From Vibrio vulnificus CMCP6 (GTDB lineage: Bacteria; Pseudomonadota; Gammaproteobacteria; Enterobacterales; Vibrionaceae): a stretch of DNA of 32,000 nt. The position numbers and the translations under genes are program-made. Position 1 is the first letter of the stretch. The number at the start of each line of letters is the position of its first letter. The notes beneath the pieces were generated by a model. It saw nothing but the letters and a program-made list of their open reading frames with translations. It ran no database searches and had not been told where the DNA came from. Where the stretch lies: positions 330,001 to 362,000 of the forward strand of contig NC_004459.3 of the NCBI RefSeq assembly GCF_000039765.1. Direction: 5' to 3'. Below are positions 19,555-28,365 of this stretch, piece after piece.

Positions 19555-20106
19555 TCAATTCATAGCCTTTTGCATCACGAACATCACGGTATTTGACTCG
19601 TGGTCTGGGCTTTCCTGAATCGACATCGCTTGATGCCATTCTGGGTTAAATGGTTGGCCTTCTGGATTGATTTCTTTCAAACCAAACTTACTGACCACAT
19701 CAACGAACGTTTTATGAGTCAATTCAACGCCTTCAAGCAGCGGTTTTACCGCTTCGCTTTCAGCGTCAGCCGCTTGAATCGCACGCTCTAGATTATCAAT
19801 CACTGGCAGCAGTTCTTCAGCAAAGCGATTCAACGCATATTTACGCGCTTTATCAATTTCTTGCTCAGTACGGCGACGCATGTTTTCCACTTCTGCTTTC
19901 GCACGTAGCACTGAATCTTGCTGCTCTTTCACACGCGCTTCGCTGGCTAATAAAGCGGCTTCCAGTTCAGCGATCTTCGCCGCTGATTCATCGGCCTCTT
20001 CGTTCCATTCGATATCAGCATCAGTGCCAACAGCTTCTACTTCTACTTCCGCAGCGTCTTGCTGTTTAAGCGCTTCTTCGTTGATTTTGTTTTCTTCGTT
20101 GCTCAT
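19555..20106 (-). CDS. grpE: nucleotide exchange factor GrpE, C-terminus truncated by a frameshift as assembled (intact frame continues to 19511)
   Basis: Start at MSNEENK (20106) with a GGAG RBS. GrpE core [43 protein letters not shown]. After ...VMFVMQK the ORF reads AMN*. The +1 frame encodes the conserved GrpE end [18 protein letters not shown]. Confidence 0.93.
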   Translation of the reverse strand: MSNEENKINEEALKQQDAAEVEVEAVGTDADIEWNEEADESAAKIAELEAALLASEARVKEQQDSVLRAKAEVENMRRRTEQEIDKARKYALNRFAEELLPVIDNLERAIQAADAESEAVKPLLEGVELTHKTFVDVVSKFGLKEINPEGQPFNPEWHQAMSIQESPDHESNTVMFVMQKAMN

Positions 20107-20251
20107 GATATCTCCAGAATTCAACTATTTGTCCTTAAAGCCCCTCACGTTTTATGGGCTTTATCTTCACAAAAATTCGCAAAGTTAGATAACTTGCCAT
20201 TATTATGGGGATGATGAATCCCGATTCAAGCCTCTTTAGTGCGGAAAAGCT

Positions 20252-21136
20252 ATGAAAAAACCATTTAACGTGATCGCCATTATCGGTAAGCCAAGAGATC
20301 AACAAGCGATTCAGACGCATCGTGACCTATATCATTGGTTGAGTTCACTCGGCTATCAGGTATTTATTGACGATCGACTTTCCGCCATTCTCAATGATGT
20401 TCCCGAAGAACACTTTTCTGGTTTGGTCGAGTTAGGTGAAAAAGCCGATTTGGCCATTGTCGTTGGGGGTGATGGCAATATGCTCGGTGCAGCCCGTATT
20501 CTCTCTCGCTTTAACACCCGTGTTATCGGGGTAAACAGAGGCAATCTTGGATTCTTGACCGACTTAAACCCTGAAGATTTCCAGCACTCTCTGGAAGCCG
20601 TTTTGGACGGAGCCTACATCGAGGAAGAACGATTTTTGCTTGAAGCAGAAATCCACCGCCATGGGCAAGTAAAAAGCCACAACGCCGCACTCAATGAAGC
20701 CGTGCTCCATCCGGGGCAAGTCGCGCATATGATTGAGTTTGAGGTTTACATCGATGAGAGCTTTGCATTTTCCCTACGTGCAGACGGTTTAATTGTCTCC
20801 ACACCAACAGGTTCAACCGCTTACTCGCTCTCTGGCGGAGGCCCCATTTTATCACCGAGCCTGAACGCCATTTCTTTGGTGCCAATGTTCCCTCATACAC
20901 TTTCAAGTCGACCATTAGTCGTGGATGGCAATCGCAGGATTAAACTACTGGTATCGCCAGACAACCGGGGAACGCAAGAAGTCAGCTGTGATGGCCAAGT
21001 CTCTCTTCCCGTTTCTCCCGGCGATGAGATTCATATCTATCAAAGCCCAAATCGACTTCGTCTGATCCATCCAAAAGACTACAGTTACTATCACGTCTTA
21101 CGTAACAAGCTTGGTTGGTCGAGCAAGTTGTTCTAA
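20252..21136 (+). CDS. nadK: NAD(+) kinase
   Basis: 294 aa. Contains the [11 protein letters not shown] motif and the NAD-kinase C-terminal domain ([17 protein letters not shown]). Confidence 0.95.
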   Translation: MKKPFNVIAIIGKPRDQQAIQTHRDLYHWLSSLGYQVFIDDRLSAILNDVPEEHFSGLVELGEKADLAIVVGGDGNMLGAARILSRFNTRVIGVNRGNLGFLTDLNPEDFQHSLEAVLDGAYIEEERFLLEAEIHRHGQVKSHNAALNEAVLHPGQVAHMIEFEVYIDESFAFSLRADGLIVSTPTGSTAYSLSGGGPILSPSLNAISLVPMFPHTLSSRPLVVDGNRRIKLLVSPDNRGTQEVSCDGQVSLPVSPGDEIHIYQSPNRLRLIHPKDYSYYHVLRNKLGWSSKLF

Positions 21137-21151
21137 ATCTCCTTCCTTAAA

Positions 21152-21175
21152 AGGGTTAAGGCGTACCTTAACCCT
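21152..21175 (+). terminator. stem-loop downstream of nadK
   Basis: AGGGTTAAGG-CGTA-CCTTAACCCT forms a 10-bp perfect stem. No T-tract follows. Confidence 0.45.
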
Positions 21176-21315
21176 CTGTACGATCATCAAAAAACACTCT
21201 TCCGACAAAGGAAATTCAACTTATCACCTTAGCTTTGCCTTTACATTTTCTTCTATGGAAACAGCACTCTATTGGTAAATAAAACCGCCTTCACATTTTT
21301 TCTCTTGGAGATCTT

Positions 21316-21335
21316 TACTGTATAAAGAAACAGTA
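21316..21335. promoter_or_regulatory. LexA (SOS) box 1 upstream of recN
   Basis: TACTGTATAAAGAAACAGTA fits CTGT-N8-ACAG exactly. Confidence 0.85.
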
Positions 21336-21337
21336 TA

Positions 21338-21357
21338 TACTGAATTTATATACAGTA
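21338..21357. promoter_or_regulatory. LexA (SOS) box 2 upstream of recN
   Basis: TACTGAATTTATATACAGTA reads CTGA-N8-ACAG, one mismatch from the consensus. It starts 2 nt after box 1 ends. Confidence 0.75.
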
Positions 21358-21383
21358 TTGTTCAGTTATACAGGTAAACCAAA

Positions 21384-23048
21384 ATGCTGGCTCATTTAAG
21401 TGTTAATAATTTTGCTATTGTTAAGTCTTTACAACTCGAGCTGTCAAAAGGCATGACAACCATTACCGGTGAAACCGGAGCAGGTAAATCCATTGCTATT
21501 GACGCACTGGGTCTATGCCTTGGTGGACGCGCAGAAGCCAGTATGGTGAGGCAAGGCGAGGACAAAACTGAAGTCAGTGCCGCCTTTCTACTCGACAACA
21601 ATCTTCACGCCACACGCTGGCTAGAAGACAACGAACTTTTAGACGGCAGTGAATGTATTTTACGCCGCATTATTACCAGTGAAGGGCGCTCTAGAGCCTT
21701 CATCAACGGCAGTCCGGTTCCCCTTTCTCAGCTAAAAGCATTGGGACAACTGCTGATCAACATTCACGGCCAGCACGCCCATCATCAATTGATGAAGAGC
21801 GAACATCAAATGGCCATGGTGGATCAATACGCTGGCCACCTCAACTTGCTGAAAAACACACGTGTCGCTTACCAAAATTGGCGCCAAGCAGATAATCATC
21901 TAAAACAGTTGCAAGAGAACAGCCTCCAAAACCAAGCTCAAAAACAGTTATTGGAATACCAAATAAAAGAACTCAATGAACTTGCGATTGGTGAAGAAGA
22001 ATTTACTGAGCTCGAACAAGAACACAAGTTGCTATCCAATAGCGGAGAGCTCGCCAGTACTTGCCAACATGCAATAGAACTTATCTACGAAGGCGAAGAC
22101 GTTAACGCACTCGGTATTTTGCAAAGCGCCAGCAATGCTTTGATTGAATTGGCAGAGCTAGACCCGAAACTCAGTGCTCTTCCTGATATGGTCGCCGAAG
22201 CGATCATTCAGCTTGAAGAAGCCAACAGTGAACTCAGAAATTACCTCGATCGTATCGATGTCGATCCAGCTCGTATGGCCTATGTTGAGCAGCGTTTTTC
22301 CAAGGTAATGTCCGTGGCTCGTAAACACCACGTTCAACCTGAAGAGCTTTATCAACATCATCAAGATCTGCTGCAACAAATAGAAGCGTTAGATTGCTCC
22401 GATGAAAAAATGGATGAGTTAGCCGCCAATGTGCAGGTTAAATACCAAGACTATCTTGAACAAGCGGAGAAACTGCATAAATCCCGCTGTCGCTATGCCA
22501 AAGAACTCAACAAGCTGATTAGCCAAAGTATGCATGAACTGAGCATGGAAAAGGCAGTCTTTAACATTGAAGTCAACAATGAAGGCACACATCCCTCGCC
22601 ATTAGGCTTAGACACTGTGTGCTTCTTGGTTTCAACCAACCCAGGCCAACCACTGCAACCTATTGCTAAAGTCGCTTCTGGTGGTGAGTTGTCGCGCATT
22701 TCTCTTGCCATTCAAGTCATCACGGCGCAAAAAGTCGACACACCTAGCCTCATTTTTGATGAAGTAGACGTAGGTATCAGTGGGCCAACAGCGGCGGTCG
22801 TCGGAAAAATGCTGCGTAAACTGGGAGAATCAACTCAGGTGCTATGTGTGACTCACTTACCGCAAGTTGCAGGGTGTGGTCATCAGCAAATGTTCGTGGC
22901 TAAGAACACCAAAAATGGCACCACAGAAACACAAATGCGCTTGTTAGACCAAAATCAGCGCGTGTCGGAGTTAGCACGCCTACTTGGTGGAAGCCAAATT
23001 ACTGAATCCACACTCGCCAATGCAAAAGAGTTGCTGATCGCAGCGTAG
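21384..23048 (+). CDS. recN: DNA repair protein RecN
   Basis: 554 aa. Walker [10 protein letters not shown], a long coiled-coil middle, SMC signature [12 protein letters not shown], and Walker [10 protein letters not shown]. Confidence 0.97.
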   Translation: MLAHLSVNNFAIVKSLQLELSKGMTTITGETGAGKSIAIDALGLCLGGRAEASMVRQGEDKTEVSAAFLLDNNLHATRWLEDNELLDGSECILRRIITSEGRSRAFINGSPVPLSQLKALGQLLINIHGQHAHHQLMKSEHQMAMVDQYAGHLNLLKNTRVAYQNWRQADNHLKQLQENSLQNQAQKQLLEYQIKELNELAIGEEEFTELEQEHKLLSNSGELASTCQHAIELIYEGEDVNALGILQSASNALIELAELDPKLSALPDMVAEAIIQLEEANSELRNYLDRIDVDPARMAYVEQRFSKVMSVARKHHVQPEELYQHHQDLLQQIEALDCSDEKMDELAANVQVKYQDYLEQAEKLHKSRCRYAKELNKLISQSMHELSMEKAVFNIEVNNEGTHPSPLGLDTVCFLVSTNPGQPLQPIAKVASGGELSRISLAIQVITAQKVDTPSLIFDEVDVGISGPTAAVVGKMLRKLGESTQVLCVTHLPQVAGCGHQQMFVAKNTKNGTTETQMRLLDQNQRVSELARLLGGSQITESTLANAKELLIAA

Positions 23049-23069
23049 TTTAAGCCTTCTTCAACAATC

Positions 23070-23098
23070 AGCCAGGTTCCTTGAGCCTGGCTTTTTTC
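23070..23098 (+). terminator. rho-independent terminator of recN
   Basis: AGCCAGG-TTCCTTGAG-CCTGGCT followed by TTTTTT. Confidence 0.8.
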
Positions 23099-23226
23099 TT
23101 CATAAATGCAACTCATCTCAAAATTCGTTGTCTGATTCCTCAATACTCTCCACAGAGCTTTTTACATCTGAGCCGAGCTTGTTTATTATCGGTCGCAGTA
23201 TTTTTGAGGTTACTAAGAATTTAGCT

Positions 23227-23586
23227 ATGCAATTAAAGAAGTGGTTGGTTGCCTTACCATTGGCAATGACAATGCTGACAGGCTGCTCGGTGTTAGAAAA
23301 ACTGGTCTATCGTATTGATATCAACCAAGGTAACTACGTTGAACAACAAGCGGTTGATAAATTGAAATTTGGCATGACCAAAGCACAAGTGCGCTTTGTC
23401 ATGGGTTCACCGATGCTGATCGAAAATGGCTATCCAAATACTTGGTACTATATCTACCACCATACGGAAGGGCACAAAGAGTCTATCCAGAAAAACCTTA
23501 TCGTTAACTTCAACGATGATGGCACATTGGTGGATATTGCAGGAGACTTTCCTGCCAGTGATAGCTTTTTTGAAGGGCTCCGTTAA
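23227..23586 (+). CDS. bamE: outer membrane protein assembly factor BamE (SmpA/OmlA)
   Basis: Start at [20 protein letters not shown] (lipobox LTGC), which is Met34 of the ORF-track ORF. Contains the SmpA_OmlA core [33 protein letters not shown]. Confidence 0.9.
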   Translation: MQLKKWLVALPLAMTMLTGCSVLEKLVYRIDINQGNYVEQQAVDKLKFGMTKAQVRFVMGSPMLIENGYPNTWYYIYHHTEGHKESIQKNLIVNFNDDGTLVDIAGDFPASDSFFEGLR

Positions 23587-23630
23587 GCGTTATAGAGTAC
23601 CTTCCGCATCCATTACGATGGTCCTATAAC

Positions 23631-23660
23631 AACAAACCCCGAGAATTCGGGGTTTGTTTT
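23631..23660. terminator. bidirectional rho-independent terminator (bamE / rnfH)
   Basis: AACAAACCCCG-AGAATT-CGGGGTTTGTT followed by TT. Confidence 0.8.
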
Positions 23661-23680
23661 AGCCAGTATTGAAGCTGAAG

Positions 23681-24034
23681 TTAGTCCGCTTTGCGCAGTG
23701 GGCTTGGTTTGCCTCCTGTGACAGGATCCGCCGCACCACTCTCTTTTGCTTGCTCAGCACGTTTACGACGAATCTCTTTGGGATCGGCCAATAAAGGACG
23801 ATAAATTTCAATACGATCTTTATCGCGCACCGTTGCATCTAATTTCACCAAACGGCTAAACACCCCAACCTTATTTTTGCCAAGGTCAATCTCGGGATAG
23901 ATCTCTAACACGCCAGATTGACGAATGATCTCTTCCACTGTCGCTTGTTGGTTCACCACAAGGGTTAATACACGTTGCTCCTGAGGTAAAGCATAAACCA
24001 CCTCAACGTGGATCATCTCAGATTCAATACTCAT
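23681..24034 (-). CDS. rnfH: RnfH-family ubiquitin-like protein (UPF0125)
   Basis: Colinear with E. coli RnfH/YfjF: EVVYALP...KNKVGVFSR...[22 protein letters not shown]. The ATGA start overlaps the ratA stop. Confidence 0.9.
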   Translation of the reverse strand: MSIESEMIHVEVVYALPQEQRVLTLVVNQQATVEEIIRQSGVLEIYPEIDLGKNKVGVFSRLVKLDATVRDKDRIEIYRPLLADPKEIRRKRAEQAKESGAADPVTGGKPSPLRKAD

Positions 24035-24462
24035 AAATACACCTGCTTCGCACGCTGAGTAAATGCATTGACCATATTATTGGTCAGCTCATTAAAGATT
24101 TTGCCAAAGGCGAGCTCAATCATCTTGCTTGAAAACTCAAACTCCAGCTTTAACTCAACTTTGCACGCTTGCTCATCTAAGGCAGTAAAGAACCACCCTC
24201 CTTTGAGGGTTTTAAAGGGGCCATCGACCAGCGTCATCATGATCGCTTCACCTGGAACAAGATGATTAGCGGTGGTGAAAGTTTTGCTGATACCCGCCTT
24301 TGCCACATCTACCGACGCGACCATATTGGAGTCCGACGCCTCGATCACTCGGCTCCCAGAACAACCTGGCAAAAATTCAGGGTACTTTGCCACATCATTC
24401 ACTAGGGCATACATCTGTTCTGCACTAAACGATACCAATGCAGACCGGGTGACTTGCTTCAT
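24031..24462 (-). CDS. ratA: SRPBCC-family ribosome association toxin RatA / CoQ-binding protein homologue
   Basis: Start at [24 protein letters not shown] (24462), Met27 of the ORF, with a GAGAGGAGAG RBS. Near-colinear with E. coli RatA (SRTALVPYSAEQMYQLVNDV...[10 protein letters not shown]...LVDGPFK). Confidence 0.9.
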   Translation of the reverse strand: MKQVTRSALVSFSAEQMYALVNDVAKYPEFLPGCSGSRVIEASDSNMVASVDVAKAGISKTFTTANHLVPGEAIMMTLVDGPFKTLKGGWFFTALDEQACKVELKLEFEFSSKMIELAFGKIFNELTNNMVNAFTQRAKQVYL

Positions 24463-24577
24463 AGACTCTCCTCTCACAGCTTTCATTTCAAAGCGCCAAA
24501 CAATTTTACTGTTATTCTGAGCCAGCGCAAACAAAAGCATTTCCTATCAAAGTTGCACACCGTATAATGGCATCACT

Positions 24578-25063
24578 ATGGCAAAGAAAAATTCAAAACC
24601 AAAAGCGGGTAGCAACACTATCGCGCTGAACAAAAAAGCTCGCCACGAATATTTCATAGAAGATGAGATTGAAGCAGGCATGGAGCTACAAGGGTGGGAA
24701 GTGAAAGCTCTTCGCCAGGGCAAAGCCAATATTTCTGAAAGTTACGTATTTATGCGTGACGGCGAAGCCTTCGTTAGCGGCATGACTATCACTCCTTTGA
24801 ATCAAGCGTCGACACACGTAGTAGCGAACCCTACCCGTGTGCGCAAACTGCTCATGAGCCGTCGTGAACTTGATAACTTACTCGGACGTATCAACCGCGA
24901 AGGCATGACATTAGCAGCACTTTCCCTCTACTGGGCTCGCTCATGGGTGAAGATCAAAATCGGTGTAGCAAAAGGTAAAAAGCTACACGATAAACGTGAT
25001 GATATTAAAGATCGCGATTGGCAACGCCAAAAAGCTCGCGTGATGAAGAGTTCACTGCGTTAA
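24578..25063 (+). CDS. smpB: SsrA-binding protein SmpB
   Basis: 161 aa. Typical SmpB sequence [32 protein letters not shown]. Located immediately upstream of ssrA. Confidence 0.97.
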
Positions 25064-25130
25064 ACTTAACCACTTAGACGCATACTACTGGACAGAAAAG
25101 GCTTTTCTGGTAGTATGCCCGAATTACCTT

Positions 25131-25497
25131 GGGGCTGATTTAGGATTCGACGGGAATTTTGCAGTCTGAGGTGCATGCCGAGGTGCGGTAGGCCTCGTTA
25201 ACAAACCGCAAAAAAATAGTCGCAAACGACGAAAACTACGCACTAGCAGCTTAATAAACTGCTCAGAGCCCTCTCGCCCTAGCTTCCGCTTGTAAGACGG
25301 GGAATCACGAGGGGTCAAACCAAATCAAGCTGGCGTGGATTCCCCCACCTGAGGGATGAAGCGTAAGATATAATTCAGGTTAGCTATTCATTCGCGTGTC
25401 GGTTCGCAGGTGGTAGTGAAATTAAAGATCGACTAAGCATGTAGTACCAATGATGAATGGTTTTCGGACGGGGGTTCAAATCCCCCCAGCTCCACCA
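25131..25497 (+). ncRNA. ssrA: transfer-messenger RNA (tmRNA, 10Sa RNA)
   Basis: 5' GGGGCTGATTTAGGATTCGACGGG. Internal tag reading frame GCA AAC GAC GAA AAC TAC GCA CTA GCA GCT TAA TAA (25222-25257) encodes ANDENYALAA. 3' tRNA-like end GGACGGGGGTTCAAATCCCCCCAGCTCCACCA. Confidence 0.97.
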
Positions 25498-25510
25498 AAC
25501 ATCAAAACGA

Positions 25511-25538
25511 AAGCGCTCGGAAGAGCGCTTTTTTTTTT
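25511..25538 (+). terminator. rho-independent terminator just after ssrA
   Basis: AAGCGCTC-GGAA-GAGCGCTT followed by a 10-nt T-run. Confidence 0.8.
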
Positions 25539-25625
25539 CGCCTGAAGCCTTATAGAACGGGCGCTCATCACACTTTCGGAAATCTGAATCGTTCGGAAGC
25601 GTTCGGTTGAAATCGGTGCAATCCG

Positions 25626-25709
25626 CCAACTTTTGTTCCCCGTTGCGTTCCCCAATTCCCCCAATTATATTGCTGGGGAACAGTTGGCGTCCCCGACTAT
25701 TTTGGGGAG
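25626..25709. promoter_or_regulatory. repeat cluster upstream of int (candidate integrase arm-type or operator sites)
   Basis: CCAACT(TTT)GTTCCCC at 25626-25641 is inverted to GGGGAACAGTTGG at 25675-25687. Direct copies occur as GTTCCCC (25635), GTTCCCC (25647) and TTCCCCC (25656), plus GTCCCC (25689) and GGGGAG (25704). Confidence 0.4.
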
Positions 25710-25725
25710 CACTAAAAGGATCTAA

Positions 25726-27084
25726 ATGATGGCTAGAAGAAACCCTGACAAAACTTATGATAAGGCATCTCTGCAAGACGGCAAGAAAGAACAACTCATC
25801 AGCGACGGTGATAATCTTTATCTTCGCTTGCGCTTGGGAAAAAATAAAAAGACGAAAAAATCTTGGCAATTCAACTATCATCATCCACTGACTAAAAAAC
25901 GCATCAAACTAACAATCGGAAACTATCCCGCACTTACACTCAAAGACGCTCGAAAGAAGGCGGAAAATTATCTAGAGTTACTTGAAAAAAACATCGATCC
26001 TCAAGAGTACGAGCGCACGGGTGGCATTAACGCAATTGATCCAGACAAGCGACTCTTTAAAGACGTAGCTGAAAAGTGGTTTGAAGAAAAAATATTGGCT
26101 GAAGACAAAAAGAAGCGACAAGAAAAAATTGACGATGCAAACAAGCGTGCGAAAGATGAAGGTCGAGAAAAAGCATCAGAACAAGAGCTTGAAGCAGTCT
26201 TGCGCGACATCAGATACTCAAAAGACATCCGAGGGCGCTTAGATAACCACATATTACCCGCTTTGGGCAATATACCGATCACTAAGATGGAGACCTATCT
26301 TGCTCAAGAAGCATTGCAACCCAGCTACGCGAAGGGTATAAACATGGACAAGATTTGTCAGATCTCTAGTCGCGTCATGGGGTATGCTAAAAAACTGGGC
26401 TATATGAAATCAAACCCGCTCAGTGACTTGAGTGAAGTGTTTGTGAACAAGCGCAAACAAAAGCAACCTTCAATCAAACCCGAAGGGCTAAGTGAGCTGA
26501 TGAAAGCAATGGGTGAGCGCAACATAACTAAAGTCACCCGCGCTGGTTTTGAAATGCAAATGCACACACTGGCACGAGCATCAGAGATAGCAAAAATGCG
26601 GTGGGACGAAGTCGATTTTGAGAATAACTTAATAAAAATACCGAGCTATCGAATGAAGCGCTTAAATGAGCATTTCATACCGCTGACTAAATACACGCGT
26701 GGCTTACTGGAGTACTTAAAACCGTTTAGCTCTCATCTTGAGTATGTTTTCCCCGCAGATCCACGCTCATCTCGACCGCACATGAATCAGCAGAGCATCA
26801 ACGCAAACCTAAAGCGAGCTGGCTTTAAAGGTGAACTTGTATCGCACGGATTCAGACACATGGGCAGTACTTTTTTGAATGACTCAAAAAAATACGGAGC
26901 GAATGAGAAGTTTGACGCTGACGTGATCGAAGCATGCCTTGCGCATTGCGATAACGACAAGATTCGTGAGATCTACAATAGCGCAGAGTACATCGAGATG
27001 AGACGAGAGATTCTCGAATTCTGGGGCGATTATATCGTCGAACAAACAGCTAACTATCACTCAATCGCCGCTCGCTTCAAGTAA
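25726..27084 (+). CDS. int: tyrosine-type site-specific integrase, P4-like (DUF4102-type arm-binding N-terminus)
   Basis: 452 aa. N-terminus DGDNLYLRLRLGKNKKTKKSWQFNYHHPLTKKRIKLTIGNYPALTLKDARKKA is a P4 Int arm domain pattern. Catalytic residues: R in LARASEIAKMRWDEVDF, HxxR in HGFRHMGST, H in CLAH, Y in IREIYNSAEY. AAAGGA RBS. Confidence 0.92.
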   Translation: MMARRNPDKTYDKASLQDGKKEQLISDGDNLYLRLRLGKNKKTKKSWQFNYHHPLTKKRIKLTIGNYPALTLKDARKKAENYLELLEKNIDPQEYERTGGINAIDPDKRLFKDVAEKWFEEKILAEDKKKRQEKIDDANKRAKDEGREKASEQELEAVLRDIRYSKDIRGRLDNHILPALGNIPITKMETYLAQEALQPSYAKGINMDKICQISSRVMGYAKKLGYMKSNPLSDLSEVFVNKRKQKQPSIKPEGLSELMKAMGERNITKVTRAGFEMQMHTLARASEIAKMRWDEVDFENNLIKIPSYRMKRLNEHFIPLTKYTRGLLEYLKPFSSHLEYVFPADPRSSRPHMNQQSINANLKRAGFKGELVSHGFRHMGSTFLNDSKKYGANEKFDADVIEACLAHCDNDKIREIYNSAEYIEMRREILEFWGDYIVEQTANYHSIAARFK

Positions 27085-27093
27085 CCTACACCA

Positions 27094-27118
27094 CAGCCCT
27101 CTCATGCTCAGAGGGCTG
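27094..27118 (+). terminator. stem-loop downstream of int
   Basis: CAGCCCTCT-CATGCTC-AGAGGGCTG forms a 9-bp perfect stem. No T-tract follows. Confidence 0.5.
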
Positions 27119-27160
27119 AATTCCCCCTTCCACCACTACACCCTTCAAAATAAACCTGTC

Positions 27161-27254
27161 TTTTATTATACATAACGCGCTTAATAAAATTACTTTTATT
27201 ATACATAGCACGCCCAATAAAACTTACTTTATTATACATAGCAACTTCATCAAG
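27161..27254 (+). repeat. three tandem direct repeats with 33-bp phasing (core TTTATTATACATA[A/G]C)
   Basis: Three copies: TTTTATTATACATAACGCGCTTAATAAAATTAC, TTTTATTATACATAGCACGCCCAATAAAACTTAC and TTTATTATACATAGCAACTTCATCAAG. The cores start at 27163, 27196 and 27229. Confidence 0.85.
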
Positions 27255-27548
27255 TTAACCAAATTAAAAATCTTTAATGTGAAAATCTTAAAAAACACTT
27301 TACAAACCATCTTTTCGATCATAACTTAATCAACTCGCACAACTGCGAAGCAAAAGCATTATAAAGTGCAGCAACTGCTTTTATAAAGTTGCAAACAAAT
27401 AATAAGCAAAATAACTTTAAAATAATATAACAACAAAGAGTCTATCGTAACTAGAAGTGCAGACAGCGTATCAGCACTCAGTACAACTGATTCACTAACT
27501 AATTATTTAAAACGAATGCTTTTGTTTGTTTGAAAGGCTTAGTAAAGA

Positions 27549-27809
27549 ATGAACGAACTACAATTTATGTCGCTAAAAGAAGTAATTGAACTTGTTACAC
27601 TAAAGAAAACTGCGATTTACGATAAGATAAAAAAAGGCGAATTTCCACCGCAAATTCGCATGGGCGGTAACACTATTGTATTCATCAAATCAGAGCTGGA
27701 ATTTTACTTAGCTAGTAAAATTCTTGAGAAAGATGAGAAAGAGACAGTACAAAAAATCTTAGAGAAGCGAGAAGAGACGTTTAAGCCGATTCTTGAGATG
27801 TATATGTAA
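27549..27809 (+). CDS. AlpA-family (prophage CP4-57-type, MerR-like HTH) regulator / putative excisionase
   Basis: 86 aa. MSLKEVIELVTLKKTAIYDKIKKGEFPPQIRMGGNTIVFIKSELEFYL matches the AlpA/HTH_17 pattern (L.l.ev....gvs..tiY..i..G.FP.p.k.g.r...W...ev..w). Confidence 0.8.
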   Translation: MNELQFMSLKEVIELVTLKKTAIYDKIKKGEFPPQIRMGGNTIVFIKSELEFYLASKILEKDEKETVQKILEKREETFKPILEMYM

Positions 27810-27822
27810 GATGCAAGATATT

Positions 27823-27852
27823 AAAAAGCCAGCTCATCGAGCTGGCTTTTTT
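27823..27852. terminator. bidirectional rho-independent terminator (alpA-like / hns-like)
   Basis: AAAAA-GCCAGCTC-ATC-GAGCTGGC-TTTTTT. Confidence 0.85.
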
Positions 27853-27861
27853 GTATGGTGA

Positions 27862-28365
27862 TTATAAACCGTACTTTTCGGGATGAGCAAGCATGTAATC
27901 TTTAACTTCTTCTTCGCTCATTCTGTAGTTATCTAGCTCACCGCTCTCTTTTGCAGCTCTGAAAACTTCTGGAGAGCGTCCTTTACCAGACCAGACGTGC
28001 TCTTCGTCATCTAAAACAATGCGGTATTGTGGACGTGTCGGTGCGTTCTTTCTCTCTTTGTTATTGCTAGTCTTTGTGCTTCTAGTGCGAGCTGCAACAC
28101 TCACTTTAAAGCGAGCAGCAATAGCTAAAGCAAACTCTTCTTTCGAGATAGACTCTTCTTCTAAATCGCGCTCAATGCTATCAATCAAGTCTTCGATCTT
28201 TTGCTTGCGCTCAGCCTCTTGCTTCTCTTTCTGCACTTGGACAGCTTCTGTCGCTGCTTTAGTGAATGCTTGAACAGCATCGCCCCCCAGTGAGGCAAGC
28301 TTTTCAGCTAGGTCTGGTGACTGTAGAAGCGCTTGCAATTGCTCGTTTGTTAGCTCTTTACTCAT
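27862..28365 (-). CDS. H-NS-family nucleoid-associated protein, island-encoded
   Basis: 167 aa. Helical, charged N-terminus consistent with a coiled-coil oligomerisation region. The C-terminal RPQYRIVLDDEEHVWSGKGRSPEVFRAAKESG matches the H-NS DNA-binding core (Y....G....TWTGQGRTPAVI). About 25 extra C-terminal residues follow. Confidence 0.75.
   Translation of the reverse strand: MSKELTNEQLQALLQSPDLAEKLASLGGDAVQAFTKAATEAVQVQKEKQEAERKQKIEDLIDSIERDLEEESISKEEFALAIAARFKVSVAARTRSTKTSNNKERKNAPTRPQYRIVLDDEEHVWSGKGRSPEVFRAAKESGELDNYRMSEEEVKDYMLAHPEKYGL

Noticed and set aside
20151-20184. Possible sigma-32 promoter for grpE. The minus strand reads CTTTGCGAA-N17-CCCATAAA.
   Set aside because: Both hexamers are imperfect and the spacer is longer than the usual 13-15 nt. 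It is plausible on biological grounds but not supported well enough by the sequence alone.
25384-25884. 166-aa minus-strand ORF (and the nested 25476-25664 ORF) spanning the ssrA 3' end and the int upstream region.
   Set aside because: It lies antisense to a highly conserved tmRNA gene and to the int promoter and 5' end. It has no RBS and an odd composition, so it is almost certainly spurious.
27116-27140. Sequence GAATTCCCCCTTCCACCACTACA just after int resembles the ssrA 3' end AAATCCCCCCAGCTCCACCAAACA. It could be a degenerate second att site, implying tandem islands.
   Set aside because: Only ~17 of 24 positions match, and the alignment needs gaps. An int-only element would be odd because int and alpA normally belong together. 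I cannot assess significance without related sequences.
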